A stretch of 64,000 nt of DNA, taken from IMG/VR virus record IMGVR_UViG_3300037010_000217; one strand, given 5' to 3'. The notes below the pieces were generated by a model, which did not search any database, had not been told where the DNA came from, and was given only the letters and a program-made list of their open reading frames with translations. Shown piece after piece: positions 48,647-57,472 of this stretch (within the stretch, counting starts at the first letter, position 1; every line of letters begins with the position of its first letter). Both the position numbers and the translations under genes were made by a program. The stretch is from an uncultured virus (IMG/VR IMGVR_UViG_3300037010_000217) (Duplodnaviria > Heunggongvirae > Uroviricota > Caudoviricetes).

Positions 48647-49064
48647 GATTGTACTCCTTAACTGCTGCTATAAGTTGAGTTCTAATTAAACCCTCTTGTG
48701 CTACAGTTTTAAGTTTATTAAGTAATACCAGTACAGTTATAAAATGATGATATAAAAAGAAATGTGCTGGTACAGGTGTATCTGGTGTAGGTGCTCCAAA
48801 AATAGAAGCTTCTACTAATTCAGGTATAGACCTATCTATATAGCACTCATCTTTAAATACTTGTTTAAATCTTTGTATAGCTACAGCTGCGTACCCCATA
48901 ATAGCAGCTCCATGCTTCTTAGGTATGAGCAGTTCATACCGATTCTTGGATTCACTATAAAGTTCAACATGAGGTATTACACCTAACTTCACATAAACAT
49001 CCAGATGCTGTATGGTTTCAATATATAGCTCTGCAAATGTTTTAATCTTTGGTTTACATTTCAA
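48624..49064 (-). CDS. Hypothetical protein
   Basis: Co-oriented ORF overlapping its neighbours. Confidence 0.55.
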   Translation of the reverse strand: MKCKPKIKTFAELYIETIQHLDVYVKLGVIPHVELYSESKNRYELLIPKKHGAAIMGYAAVAIQRFKQVFKDECYIDRSIPELVEASIFGAPTPDTPVPAHFFLYHHFITVLVLLNKLKTVAQEGLIRTQLIAAVKEYNLEIQSAS

Positions 49065-50160
49065 TGATAGTCCCCTTCTTGATATATTTACTCGTACCTC
49101 CTGGGATAATTAGGAAGATAGTATTATCTTGAGGGGGTGTGTAATTAGAGAAATAGCCATCTGTAAGAATTACAGTAACACTTTCTTCTTTCATATATTC
49201 ATCTAAACAGGTAGGATCAGTACCTCCTCCTCCCATAGGCATTAAGTCCTCTTTAATGGAGCTATAACGGCTAGGATCGATAGATTGTACATGAGACTCT
49301 GTATCCCACCAGATAACATCTAAACTCTCTGGAGGCATTGAGGAAGCTAAATAAGCTACTTCACTAGCAGCTTCTGCAATAACCTCTTCTGAAATAGATC
49401 CAGAAGTATCAATACAGAAATTGACATGCTTTGCAGCCATAGATACAGTACCAGGTAAATAGAAGCCCATAGCTAGATACACAGTATTTACACGTGACCA
49501 ACTAGTATCATCTTTACCAGGTACTGTTGTAGACCACTCAGCTTGTAGCAATTCCTTCCAATCACGTTTAACTGCTAAAGCATTCTGTAAAGCTCTAGCA
49601 CGATTAGCTGGTAACATTCCTGCAGCTTGTCGAATAGCTAAATCTAACTCATTAGAATCTGTAGCAGATAAAGCTGTACCATGTTGATGTTCATCAGCAC
49701 CACTACCAGATCCAGGTTGATCATCATCACTGTCTGGATCTACTTCAATTACATGAAATACTTGAGGAGTACTCATACCATTGTAGTCAGTATTAACCTC
49801 GTAGCCAGAAGGTACTTCTACTTTGAATGCGCTAGAGTTCTGAACGATCTCATTATTAACTACTAGATCCATAGCTTTATCAGCTCTCTTCTTATCTAGA
49901 CGTACCAGACCTTCCCATAAATGCATATGTTGATATGCTTTATGTAAGCCTTCATGTAACAGAATAAAGTTAATCTCTTGATCTGTATGACTATCTAGCC
50001 AGCTTGGATTGTATAAAACATCTAAACCGTTTGTCTTAATAGTCTTGGTATCTTCACTTGGAATTAACTTACCAGTCTTCAATACACCACCTAGAAATCC
50101 CCAATCAGGGGACATCATAATTCCTACCAATGATTTGGTAACACGTTGTTCAATCTTCAT
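49054..50160 (-). CDS. Metallopeptidase-vWA protein (N4 gp25-like)
   Basis: 'LLHEGLH', MIDAS 'IDTSGSI', 'GGGGTD', 'LTDGY'. Confidence 0.88.
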   Translation of the reverse strand: MKIEQRVTKSLVGIMMSPDWGFLGGVLKTGKLIPSEDTKTIKTNGLDVLYNPSWLDSHTDQEINFILLHEGLHKAYQHMHLWEGLVRLDKKRADKAMDLVVNNEIVQNSSAFKVEVPSGYEVNTDYNGMSTPQVFHVIEVDPDSDDDQPGSGSGADEHQHGTALSATDSNELDLAIRQAAGMLPANRARALQNALAVKRDWKELLQAEWSTTVPGKDDTSWSRVNTVYLAMGFYLPGTVSMAAKHVNFCIDTSGSISEEVIAEAASEVAYLASSMPPESLDVIWWDTESHVQSIDPSRYSSIKEDLMPMGGGGTDPTCLDEYMKEESVTVILTDGYFSNYTPPQDNTIFLIIPGGTSKYIKKGTIIEM

Positions 50161-50178
50161 GGTTAATGGTTCCTTAGT

Positions 50179-50754
50179 TTATTTAGCTCCTTTTAGGATC
50201 TCCATCTCCTTCTCAGGCAGGAATCCATATAAGGATAGTCTTTTCTTCAATACAGCTTTATAAGCTTCTAAAGGGGTATCAAATACACCAGCATGGTATT
50301 GTTTACCATCTTTAAATGCATAAGCTCTATAGTTATTAGTTTTAGGCATAAAACTAACACCTTTATAACCTGTAGTATTATTTGTAGATAGAGTTTCAAA
50401 TAATTGTACTTCACTACAATCAGCTGCTTTAAGATTCTCAATACGTGTATTAGCGAAATCACCATCAAGATAGATTATATTTTTAGGCATGTATCCATGA
50501 TGCAATAAATACACTATCTTACTGACATGGTAGCGCATACCATTAACAACTGTCTTTTTAAATTTAGGTACATATACACCATTATTATCTTTTTCATAAC
50601 ACATAGTGCCTACAGGTTTTTTCTGTGAACATCCTCTAGAAGACTTTTTACGAAATAAATCTCCAGATACAGGATCATACCTAAACAGGATATTGGCTGT
50701 TTGTTTTGACATCGAATGCATGATTTCATCTACACTATCAGTCTTGTCTGTCAT
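50179..50754 (-). CDS. HNH-AP2 homing endonuclease-like protein, apparently degenerate
   Basis: 'YDPVSGDL', 'NNTTGYKGVSF', 'GVFDTPLEAY'; HNH site reads 'IIYLDGDFANTRIENL'. Confidence 0.75.
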   Translation of the reverse strand: MTDKTDSVDEIMHSMSKQTANILFRYDPVSGDLFRKKSSRGCSQKKPVGTMCYEKDNNGVYVPKFKKTVVNGMRYHVSKIVYLLHHGYMPKNIIYLDGDFANTRIENLKAADCSEVQLFETLSTNNTTGYKGVSFMPKTNNYRAYAFKDGKQYHAGVFDTPLEAYKAVLKKRLSLYGFLPEKEMEILKGAK

Positions 50755-51268
50755 ACTGTTGTTTCCTTCTCTTTTTTATAAGATATAGCTGTTTTCGTCT
50801 TACATCACCTAAAGTCTTAAACAAATTAGTACCTGAGTGAATTAAATGAAGTACAGTGTATGCAGCTAGCAGTGGTAATTCAGAACTCAACACTCTATCA
50901 AACATAAACTCAGCAATATCAAAGTTAATTAGCTCTTCAATACCGTAACTATAGCGGAAAAGGTTATATATATGATCCTCAGCTTCTTGAAGAAACTTAT
51001 AGTAAGTCAGATTGTGTAACTGATTTATAGATAAGGTTTGATGACTATAGTAAGATGAAGCTATCAATTTCTGTGAAAATACATCTTCATATCCTGCTAA
51101 TACATCTTTAACAGCTACAAGTGTAGAACTATTAGTTGTTCGTACCTTACTTGCAGCATATACCCACATGTAATATGTATTACGAGCTTGTTCATACATT
51201 CCTGATAATGATAGATAATTCTCTAAAGAATCTTTAAGCTTCTTTACTGTCTGAACTCTCTGAGCCAT
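50738..51268 (-). CDS. Hypothetical protein
   Basis: GAGG RBS; co-oriented. Confidence 0.6.
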   Translation of the reverse strand: MAQRVQTVKKLKDSLENYLSLSGMYEQARNTYYMWVYAASKVRTTNSSTLVAVKDVLAGYEDVFSQKLIASSYYSHQTLSINQLHNLTYYKFLQEAEDHIYNLFRYSYGIEELINFDIAEFMFDRVLSSELPLLAAYTVLHLIHSGTNLFKTLGDVRRKQLYLIKKRRKQQYDRQD

Positions 51269-51614
51269 TTAATAAATCCTCAAGAATTTTAACTACACCA
51301 GGCTCTACAAACAGGTAATCATACTTAGAAAGATCTGCTTTAAACATTCCTAGTACTGGGCTAGTACGTCCAATAGCAGCATTAACACCTGTTAGTGTAA
51401 CTGTGTCATCAATATTAGGATCACCAATAGAACTAATTAATAGTACATGACTCTCAGCTAATAGCTTATGTTCATCACATAACTCAAAACCAATCATGTT
51501 ACTATGTTCTAAAGTGTCTTTAAGATGTGTATCTAATAAGACTACTTCACTATGTTCTTTACCGCAGTAGGGACACACTTTGTGTCCCATACCTACATGA
51601 GATTTATCACTCAT
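51234..51614 (-). CDS. Zn-finger-containing phage protein
   Basis: 'CPYCG...LCDEH'. Confidence 0.65.
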   Translation of the reverse strand: MSDKSHVGMGHKVCPYCGKEHSEVVLLDTHLKDTLEHSNMIGFELCDEHKLLAESHVLLISSIGDPNIDDTVTLTGVNAAIGRTSPVLGMFKADLSKYDYLFVEPGVVKILEDLLNGSESSDSKEA

Positions 51615-51628
51615 AATAATTTCCTAAA

Positions 51629-52678
51629 TTAACCAGCTAAGTACATAGCGTTTTCTTTAACCCAAGTAGAAACTACAGGGTGACGTAATACATTACGCTT
51701 TACATGCATAGGAGCATTGCGAGCTAATGAACTAAATGCTACAGCACTGACCTCTAAAGGATAACGAGATAAGTACTCTACAACTGCTGTACAGCTTTCT
51801 GTATCATCATTAGCTGTAAGTGTCTGTAATGCACCATAAGCCATAATTAACTGAGCAGCAACGCTTGTAGGAACTAGAGTACCCTTTGGATCTTCCATTA
51901 CAGCTTTCCAACTAGGTAACTGATCAGCTAACTGAATATAAGCCATAATATCTACAGCTGCTGAAGCACCAATAGTACCTACTAGAGATTGGTGTAAAGT
52001 AGCACTATCTAACTTATCACGTTTAGAGATAATACGACTAGCCTTGTCTAAACTACGAGGACTTACAAACTGTTTATTGTTAGTCTTTGGATTGAATGTA
52101 TATGGATTATCTTGTTCACCTTCACTAAGAGCATGAGGGAACTGATTAACCCAAGCCATTACAATAGGATCAATTCCTGCACCAGAAGCCCAGTTACACC
52201 AAGCATCTACATTAGGTTTATCCATATGTACTTCAGTAACACGGTTAAGCATATGTGCAGGAAAACTATCACCTACACCATCCTTAGACTGGTTACCTGT
52301 AGCAAATACAATAGATCCCTCTGGTAACTTATAAGCACCAATCTGTTTATTCAACAATAGGCGTGTAAATAGCAAACGAGTAGTAGCATTAGACTTACTT
52401 AACTCATCTAACATAATTACTTTAGGACGAGGATCATTGACTCCCCAGCTAGAGTTGGTAGCAAAATAAGATACACCGTCTTCTACATAAGGTAACTGTA
52501 CATCAGGAACATCGTTCACTGGACAATCAATATAAATAAATTGATGATTAGATAATTCTGGAGCTTCTTGCAAGTAGTCTAAAATAGAACTCTTACCTAC
52601 ACCTGGTTCACCTACTACTAAGTAAGTGATATCTGTACCAGTGTTTAGGATAGCATTAGCAATTTGTTGGATGTTCAT
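51629..52678 (-). CDS. MoxR-like AAA+ ATPase (N4 gp24-like)
   Basis: 'GEPGVGKS', 'MLDEL', 'ATGN', 'SPRS'. Confidence 0.88.
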   Translation of the reverse strand: MNIQQIANAILNTGTDITYLVVGEPGVGKSSILDYLQEAPELSNHQFIYIDCPVNDVPDVQLPYVEDGVSYFATNSSWGVNDPRPKVIMLDELSKSNATTRLLFTRLLLNKQIGAYKLPEGSIVFATGNQSKDGVGDSFPAHMLNRVTEVHMDKPNVDAWCNWASGAGIDPIVMAWVNQFPHALSEGEQDNPYTFNPKTNNKQFVSPRSLDKASRIISKRDKLDSATLHQSLVGTIGASAAVDIMAYIQLADQLPSWKAVMEDPKGTLVPTSVAAQLIMAYGALQTLTANDDTESCTAVVEYLSRYPLEVSAVAFSSLARNAPMHVKRNVLRHPVVSTWVKENAMYLAG

Positions 52679-52770
52679 GGTTCATACCTTTTTAATGATT
52701 AATTGATTTATGATTAGAAGAATTCGGTAGCACCTATACAGACTTAGCTGTATAGGGCATTAATATAAAC

Positions 52771-53124
52771 TTATTGAAGTTCTGTAAACTTACTGTGCAT
52801 TGCACTCAAGAAAACATTTTTGAATTTCTTTCTAAAGCATCCACCAGGAATTGCATTTAGAGACTCTAAACGAATACCTTCAGAATCGTGCTTTTCAATT
52901 TCTACAAGTATAGGAAGTTTATTGCAAACCTTACCTTCATACACAAACATAGTAGTATTGTCTTCAGTACGTACTTGCTGAATTAAGGAAAGTGTTAGAC
53001 ACTCATCAGAAAATGGAGTATCTGTAGTATTTGTACTATCTTTAGCAGTATTAGCAGCGTTGCTAGCTTTCTCTGTAAGTTCTTCGATAATACCTAAAAT
53101 TTCTAGCATTTCTTGTTTAGTCAT
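52771..53124 (-). CDS. Hypothetical protein
   Basis: AAGGAG RBS. Confidence 0.6.
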   Translation of the reverse strand: MTKQEMLEILGIIEELTEKASNAANTAKDSTNTTDTPFSDECLTLSLIQQVRTEDNTTMFVYEGKVCNKLPILVEIEKHDSEGIRLESLNAIPGGCFRKKFKNVFLSAMHSKFTELQ

Positions 53125-53180
53125 TTAAGACTCCTTGGTTTAATTAAAATGATTAAAATGGATCCACAGAATAGTAAATA

Positions 53181-53366
53181 CTATCTGTCCTGTAAATTAA
53201 GCAATCTCTTCACCTCTTTGGTTACCAATGAACTGAACTTCTGCCCAGCTTGTTGGTCTCTACCATCAGAGTATGCAATCCAATACAACTGTTCTAAGAT
53301 ATTAGCTCTTAGATTTTCATCAGTCATCATACGATCAATAGTCTTGATCACTTCCTGTTTATTCAT
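53181..53366 (-). CDS. Hypothetical protein
   Basis: AAGGA RBS. Confidence 0.6.
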   Translation of the reverse strand: MNKQEVIKTIDRMMTDENLRANILEQLYWIAYSDGRDQQAGQKFSSLVTKEVKRLLNLQDR

Positions 53367-53378
53367 GATTAGATTCCT

Positions 53379-53609
53379 TTAGATTTCGAAGCATCCATCA
53401 TTTACATAATATGCATCTTCAAATTCATCATACATATGCTGACCTTTGAACACTAATAGATACCATAAATTAGTATCTCCTAAAGGAAAGTATCTCCATG
53501 CATCTGTACCAAAGATATCTTCATGATTAGGGTGTTGACCTACAGGCATTGTAGTAGTTACTAATAGCACATCACGTGTACTCTTTGGTTTACTCACTTC
53601 AATTTCCAT
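53379..53609 (-). CDS. Hypothetical protein
   Basis: GAGGA RBS. Confidence 0.6.
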   Translation of the reverse strand: MEIEVSKPKSTRDVLLVTTTMPVGQHPNHEDIFGTDAWRYFPLGDTNLWYLLVFKGQHMYDEFEDAYYVNDGCFEI

Positions 53610-53846
53610 TTAACTGTCCTCTCTACTATTTCTAAATGAATCAATATAAGCGTATGCCTCTGCTTCAAGAGCATCGTAGTAACACTGGTCAATTAAATTT
53701 GTAATACGTGCATCACCTACATAAATATTTAGGTAATCAATTTGATACTCTTCAGGAATGTTAGTATCCATAGAAGTCTTAGCTTCCACGAATAACGTTA
53801 CACCATGAAGCACTGTCTTAAACTCAAATGTCTCAGTGGTTGTCAT
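53610..53846 (-). CDS. Hypothetical acidic protein
   Basis: GAGGT RBS. Confidence 0.6.
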   Translation of the reverse strand: MTTTETFEFKTVLHGVTLFVEAKTSMDTNIPEEYQIDYLNIYVGDARITNLIDQCYYDALEAEAYAYIDSFRNSREDS

Positions 53847-53854
53847 AGATACCT

Positions 53855-54265
53855 CTATAATAGTTTCTTGATAGCAGCTAGTTTAGACTCTAGTTGCTTG
53901 TTACGTTCTTGTAGCTCTTTAACCTTACTAGAAAGAGCTTGGTTAGCTTTATCACAGCTAATTAATAGATTAGCGTCATTTACTGTTCTGGTAAGCCTAG
54001 AAGGGACTATATGGACTTTAAAACTACATCTAAGACCATCTACACGTGTGAAGCAAAGTAGTTTAGTATCATTCTCTAGATTAACAAATATGTCATATAC
54101 AAAGCCTGTATCAATAGCCTCAGCTACTAAAACAAATTCATATACTTCATTCGTGTCTAATCTAATTGAAGATTTAACTAAAAAGTCTGAATGATACTTA
54201 CAAGGTTTACGTTTACTTGCAAGTTTTCCTAATATATCCATCCAAAACATAGTGTCTTCTGTCAT
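53855..54265 (-). CDS. Hypothetical protein with C-terminal coiled coil
   Basis: AAGGA RBS. Confidence 0.6.
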   Translation of the reverse strand: MTEDTMFWMDILGKLASKRKPCKYHSDFLVKSSIRLDTNEVYEFVLVAEAIDTGFVYDIFVNLENDTKLLCFTRVDGLRCSFKVHIVPSRLTRTVNDANLLISCDKANQALSSKVKELQERNKQLESKLAAIKKLL

Positions 54266-54287
54266 GATTAAGATTCCTTATCTATAT

Positions 54288-54578
54288 TTATTTGTCTTTG
54301 GATACTTCTACTGCTTGGATTGTTATAATGTCTGCATTACATCTTACAAAGTTACCATGTTGTTCTAATGGTTCAGATCGTGGCATAAAATTACGATCTA
54401 AGTATTTCGTATATACGTCTACAACTATACCCTGTTGACATTCCAGCCAGTTTGTTGCACCTCCATGCTGGTCTCTAAGTGCTTGTAACTCTGGTGATAT
54501 TGGAGTTATAGCTTCTTGTTTTGCACAGCCTGCTAGTAATGCTAAAGCACTAACAGTAAATAGCCATTTGTATTGCAT
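54288..54578 (-). CDS. Lipoprotein
   Basis: Signal peptide with lipobox LLAG-C. Confidence 0.8.
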   Translation of the reverse strand: MQYKWLFTVSALALLAGCAKQEAITPISPELQALRDQHGGATNWLECQQGIVVDVYTKYLDRNFMPRSEPLEQHGNFVRCNADIITIQAVEVSKDK

Positions 54579-54895
54579 TACAGTTCTCCTACGTATTCAA
54601 GCAATGGCATCCAGTATATAACGTCGTACAATTGACGATTACATACGCTAAACCATTGGCAATATTCTGCATTATAAAAAGCTACATGTTGACCTTCTTT
54701 AGCATCTATCACCAGTACATTAGTAAAGGTGGTTGGTAATTCACCATCAATATCAAACTTAGTCCATGCAGCTTGCATTGCAGCTTCTAAGGCTCTACGC
54801 ATATCTCTAAGATTACCGCTAGGTATATCATAGTCATGGTTCAGTCCTAGATATTCACATGCTGCAACATGTACCATTTTGTCTGTTATACTCAT
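54578..54895 (-). CDS. DUF551-like protein
   Basis: 'W......LP....VLV...VIYWMPL'. Confidence 0.7.
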   Translation of the reverse strand: MSITDKMVHVAACEYLGLNHDYDIPSGNLRDMRRALEAAMQAAWTKFDIDGELPTTFTNVLVIDAKEGQHVAFYNAEYCQWFSVCNRQLYDVIYWMPLLEYVGEL

Positions 54896-55062
54896 TTAAC
54901 CAACTCACATTTATAGGTTTTATGTCCTATATAAAAACTTCCTAGTCGCTCACAATCTTTACCTATACTAGATTCAGCTATCATCCATGTAGTAGATAAT
55001 ACAAACGCTACTATTGTTACAACTGTTACGCCTATGACTAGTGACAAAAAAGAATCGTTCAT
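54892..55062 (-). CDS. 56-aa membrane-anchored protein missing from the ORF track
   Basis: GAGG RBS; TM segment then 'KDCERLGSFYIGHKTYKC'; stop overlaps the next start. Confidence 0.7.
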   Translation of the reverse strand: MNDSFLSLVIGVTVVTIVAFVLSTTWMIAESSIGKDCERLGSFYIGHKTYKCELVK

Positions 55063-55076
55063 ATTTTTACCTCAAA

Positions 55077-55319
55077 TTATTCTTCATTAGAGACTTTTAC
55101 TGTTAAATTTGGATCTGTCACAATAATTACTTTAGTTTCAATCTTATTTATTGCATCAATACTAAAAGAGATACCAAAGAAAAATAGTGCTACAGTAACT
55201 AAGTACAAAGCACCAGATTCATCATTTGTAGAAAAGTAAGTGTATATAGCAAATATACTTAGTATGTATGCAATTACATCAGCCGAGTTAATATTTAATG
55301 TGAATTCTCGAATATTCAT
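55077..55319 (-). CDS. Two-TM membrane protein
   Basis: Two hydrophobic segments. Confidence 0.6.
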   Translation of the reverse strand: MNIREFTLNINSADVIAYILSIFAIYTYFSTNDESGALYLVTVALFFFGISFSIDAINKIETKVIIVTDPNLTVKVSNEE

Positions 55320-55348
55320 TAGATTGTCCCTTATATTTATTTAGTGAT

Positions 55349-55996
55349 TCATGCTTTTTTAGATTTGTTTGTTGGTTTAGCTTTTGGTTCATTAATAGGT
55401 TTAATGCCTTTAGCTTTTACGTATGTTGGCTTATCCATGAAAGTATGTTTACCAACTTTAGCAACTGGAGTGTACTGTTTAACCCATACATGCTTCTTAG
55501 TGTCTACTTTAGACACATTAGCATAATATCTAGCACCATTAGCTAGATCAGGTAATTTACCTTTCAGCTCTAGATCAGCAATATGTAAAGCTTCTTTCCA
55601 TTTATCTTCTTCAGCAATTTCAATAGCATCTTTATTTATAGTCCATGAGAATTGTTTAGGTTGATAAATTACTTCATAGTAAGTCTTAGGGAATTCAGGA
55701 TCCTGTAATCTATGTCTTACTGTATTAGTAACAGCAATCATACCCTCTTTACCTTCACCTCTAGCTTCTTGATAGGCATTAAGAGCTATAGCTTCTTTCT
55801 GATCAGGAAGAATAGGAGCTAATCTATTAGGTTTAGTTAATTGACCGACTTCTACTCCATATACTTCTGGATTAGACTCTAAGTCTTTCTGTACTTTATC
55901 ATAATGATAAAGCATTCCAAATGCAGGAGTAATTATTACTAGTAACCATACTAGATTAGTTAACTTATTTTTTAAGTAATTATTCATGAGATTCAC
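55349..55996 (-). CDS. SleB/Hydrolase_2-like cell wall hydrolase with N-terminal TM anchor
   Basis: 'LNAYQEARGEG.EGMIAV', 'VIYQPKQFSW', 'GARYY', 'VGKHTF'. Confidence 0.88.
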   Translation of the reverse strand: MNLMNNYLKNKLTNLVWLLVIITPAFGMLYHYDKVQKDLESNPEVYGVEVGQLTKPNRLAPILPDQKEAIALNAYQEARGEGKEGMIAVTNTVRHRLQDPEFPKTYYEVIYQPKQFSWTINKDAIEIAEEDKWKEALHIADLELKGKLPDLANGARYYANVSKVDTKKHVWVKQYTPVAKVGKHTFMDKPTYVKAKGIKPINEPKAKPTNKSKKA

Positions 55997-56272
55997 CTCT
56001 TATTAGGTTAAGGATACCTTATACCTAAATTAAATAATTTAAGTTATTTAGTATTTAGGCTTATAAACGAAGGGTTATATTTAGACTATCTTTAGATATT
56101 ATATATATATATATATCTATATTATATTTAATATATAAATATAAACAGAAGAAGAGAAAAACCAGGTAAAAAGAGAAGAAGAGTCCGCAGTATAGTAAGC
56201 ATCCGATGACGTGTCAAATCAAAGTTTCTTATGAAAAGCAGACTATCTATAGCTAAGTATCTATGGTTCTAC

Positions 56273-56515
56273 CTAAAAAGGTAACTCATCTGGATCAGTT
56301 ACATACTTACCAGCAAGCAAGTACCAGTTCTTAAACTCAACTATGTGATCATCTACAGATCCTTCACAAGTCCTAAATATTTTCTTTAAGGTTTCTTCAT
56401 TAATCACATACGTACTGTCCCATTGCATGAGTAAATGCTTAGTATTCCATCCACATGTACAGCATTGATTAACAAAAGCCTCTACATGGTAAGACATATA
56501 TTTAATATCATTCAT
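56273..56515 (-). CDS. Hypothetical early protein
   Basis: Co-oriented; ends 'DELPF'. Confidence 0.55.
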   Translation of the reverse strand: MNDIKYMSYHVEAFVNQCCTCGWNTKHLLMQWDSTYVINEETLKKIFRTCEGSVDDHIVEFKNWYLLAGKYVTDPDELPF

Positions 56516-56789
56516 AACCTACCATCCGTTTCCAATTACGGGCTTGTATTAGGTTATAACGCTTTCCTACAGCCTCATCTTCATTTACACTATAATCAAG
56601 ATAGTACCAAGATATAAACTCATCTACATTACCAATGAGCTTAGGATTCTTAGCAAATAGTAGTGCAATATCTTCTTCAGTTAGTGCATCTGGATTCATT
56701 GGTTTGAATGTTAAAGAGATTAATTGCTTTACAATCTCTTCACCAATACACAGATATCCGCCTAACTCTTTAGCTTCAAATGTACTCAT
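56508..56789 (-). CDS. Hypothetical early protein
   Basis: GGAG RBS; ATGA overlap. Confidence 0.6.
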   Translation of the reverse strand: MSTFEAKELGGYLCIGEEIVKQLISLTFKPMNPDALTEEDIALLFAKNPKLIGNVDEFISWYYLDYSVNEDEAVGKRYNLIQARNWKRMVGYE

Positions 56790-56896
56790 TTAATCATCTC
56801 CACAATGAGATACATACCTACAATGATACCAATTGTTAATATACTAACAGTCTTATAGTAATGATTATCAGCTAACCAATCAGTAAACTTACGCAT
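56786..56896 (-). CDS. Small membrane peptide (likely start MRKFTDW)
   Basis: GGAGAG RBS before the internal Met; C-terminal TM. Confidence 0.5.
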   Translation of the reverse strand: MRKFTDWLADNHYYKTVSILTIGIIVGMYLIVEMIK

Positions 56897-56996
56897 AGCA
56901 CTCTCCATTAAATATATAAAACAATTCCACAACATAAAAAGAACCCGAACACAACGGCAAATATACATACTATCTATAAACTATCTAGCAGTATTT

Positions 56997-57027
56997 AAAA
57001 AAAAAGCCTACCCTATTAAGGGTAGAC
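56997..57027 (-). terminator. Rho-independent terminator
   Basis: CTACCCT/AGGGTAG stem followed by T9 on the minus strand. Confidence 0.8.
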
Positions 57028-57036
57028 TGTTGATTA

Positions 57037-57426
57037 CTATGAGATTTGCATTTTATTTCCTAGGAAGCTTAACATTTCTACATAGTACTCAAAGAAGCAC
57101 TTATTAGGCTTGATATTACAAGCTACCATTCTATTATGGATATTAAGTGCTTCATTGTATGTACTTGAGTACCTTTCCAGATACCCTATAAGTTTGGTTA
57201 GTCTTTTTTCTGTATTTGGGTTATTTAGGTCTTTGACCCAAGTTAAGTCCAATACTACTTTAGGATTCAATCCTAATTCAGCTAAAATATTAGAGCAGAA
57301 TTCTGTGACATGCACTTCATCAAATGCTCCTAGTTGATCTGCGTAGTATTGGTCATGGTCTCCTTGAATAATGTTATTGCTGATGTAATATGTTAAAGTA
57401 TCTGCAGTGAAAACTTCGTATTTCAT
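57037..57426 (-). CDS. Hypothetical protein downstream of the RNAP
   Basis: AGGAGG RBS. Confidence 0.65.
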   Translation of the reverse strand: MKYEVFTADTLTYYISNNIIQGDHDQYYADQLGAFDEVHVTEFCSNILAELGLNPKVVLDLTWVKDLNNPNTEKRLTKLIGYLERYSSTYNEALNIHNRMVACNIKPNKCFFEYYVEMLSFLGNKMQIS

Positions 57427-57472
57427 ATAACCTCCTAGGTTATTTAGTTGATTGATTCAATATTGAAACTGT

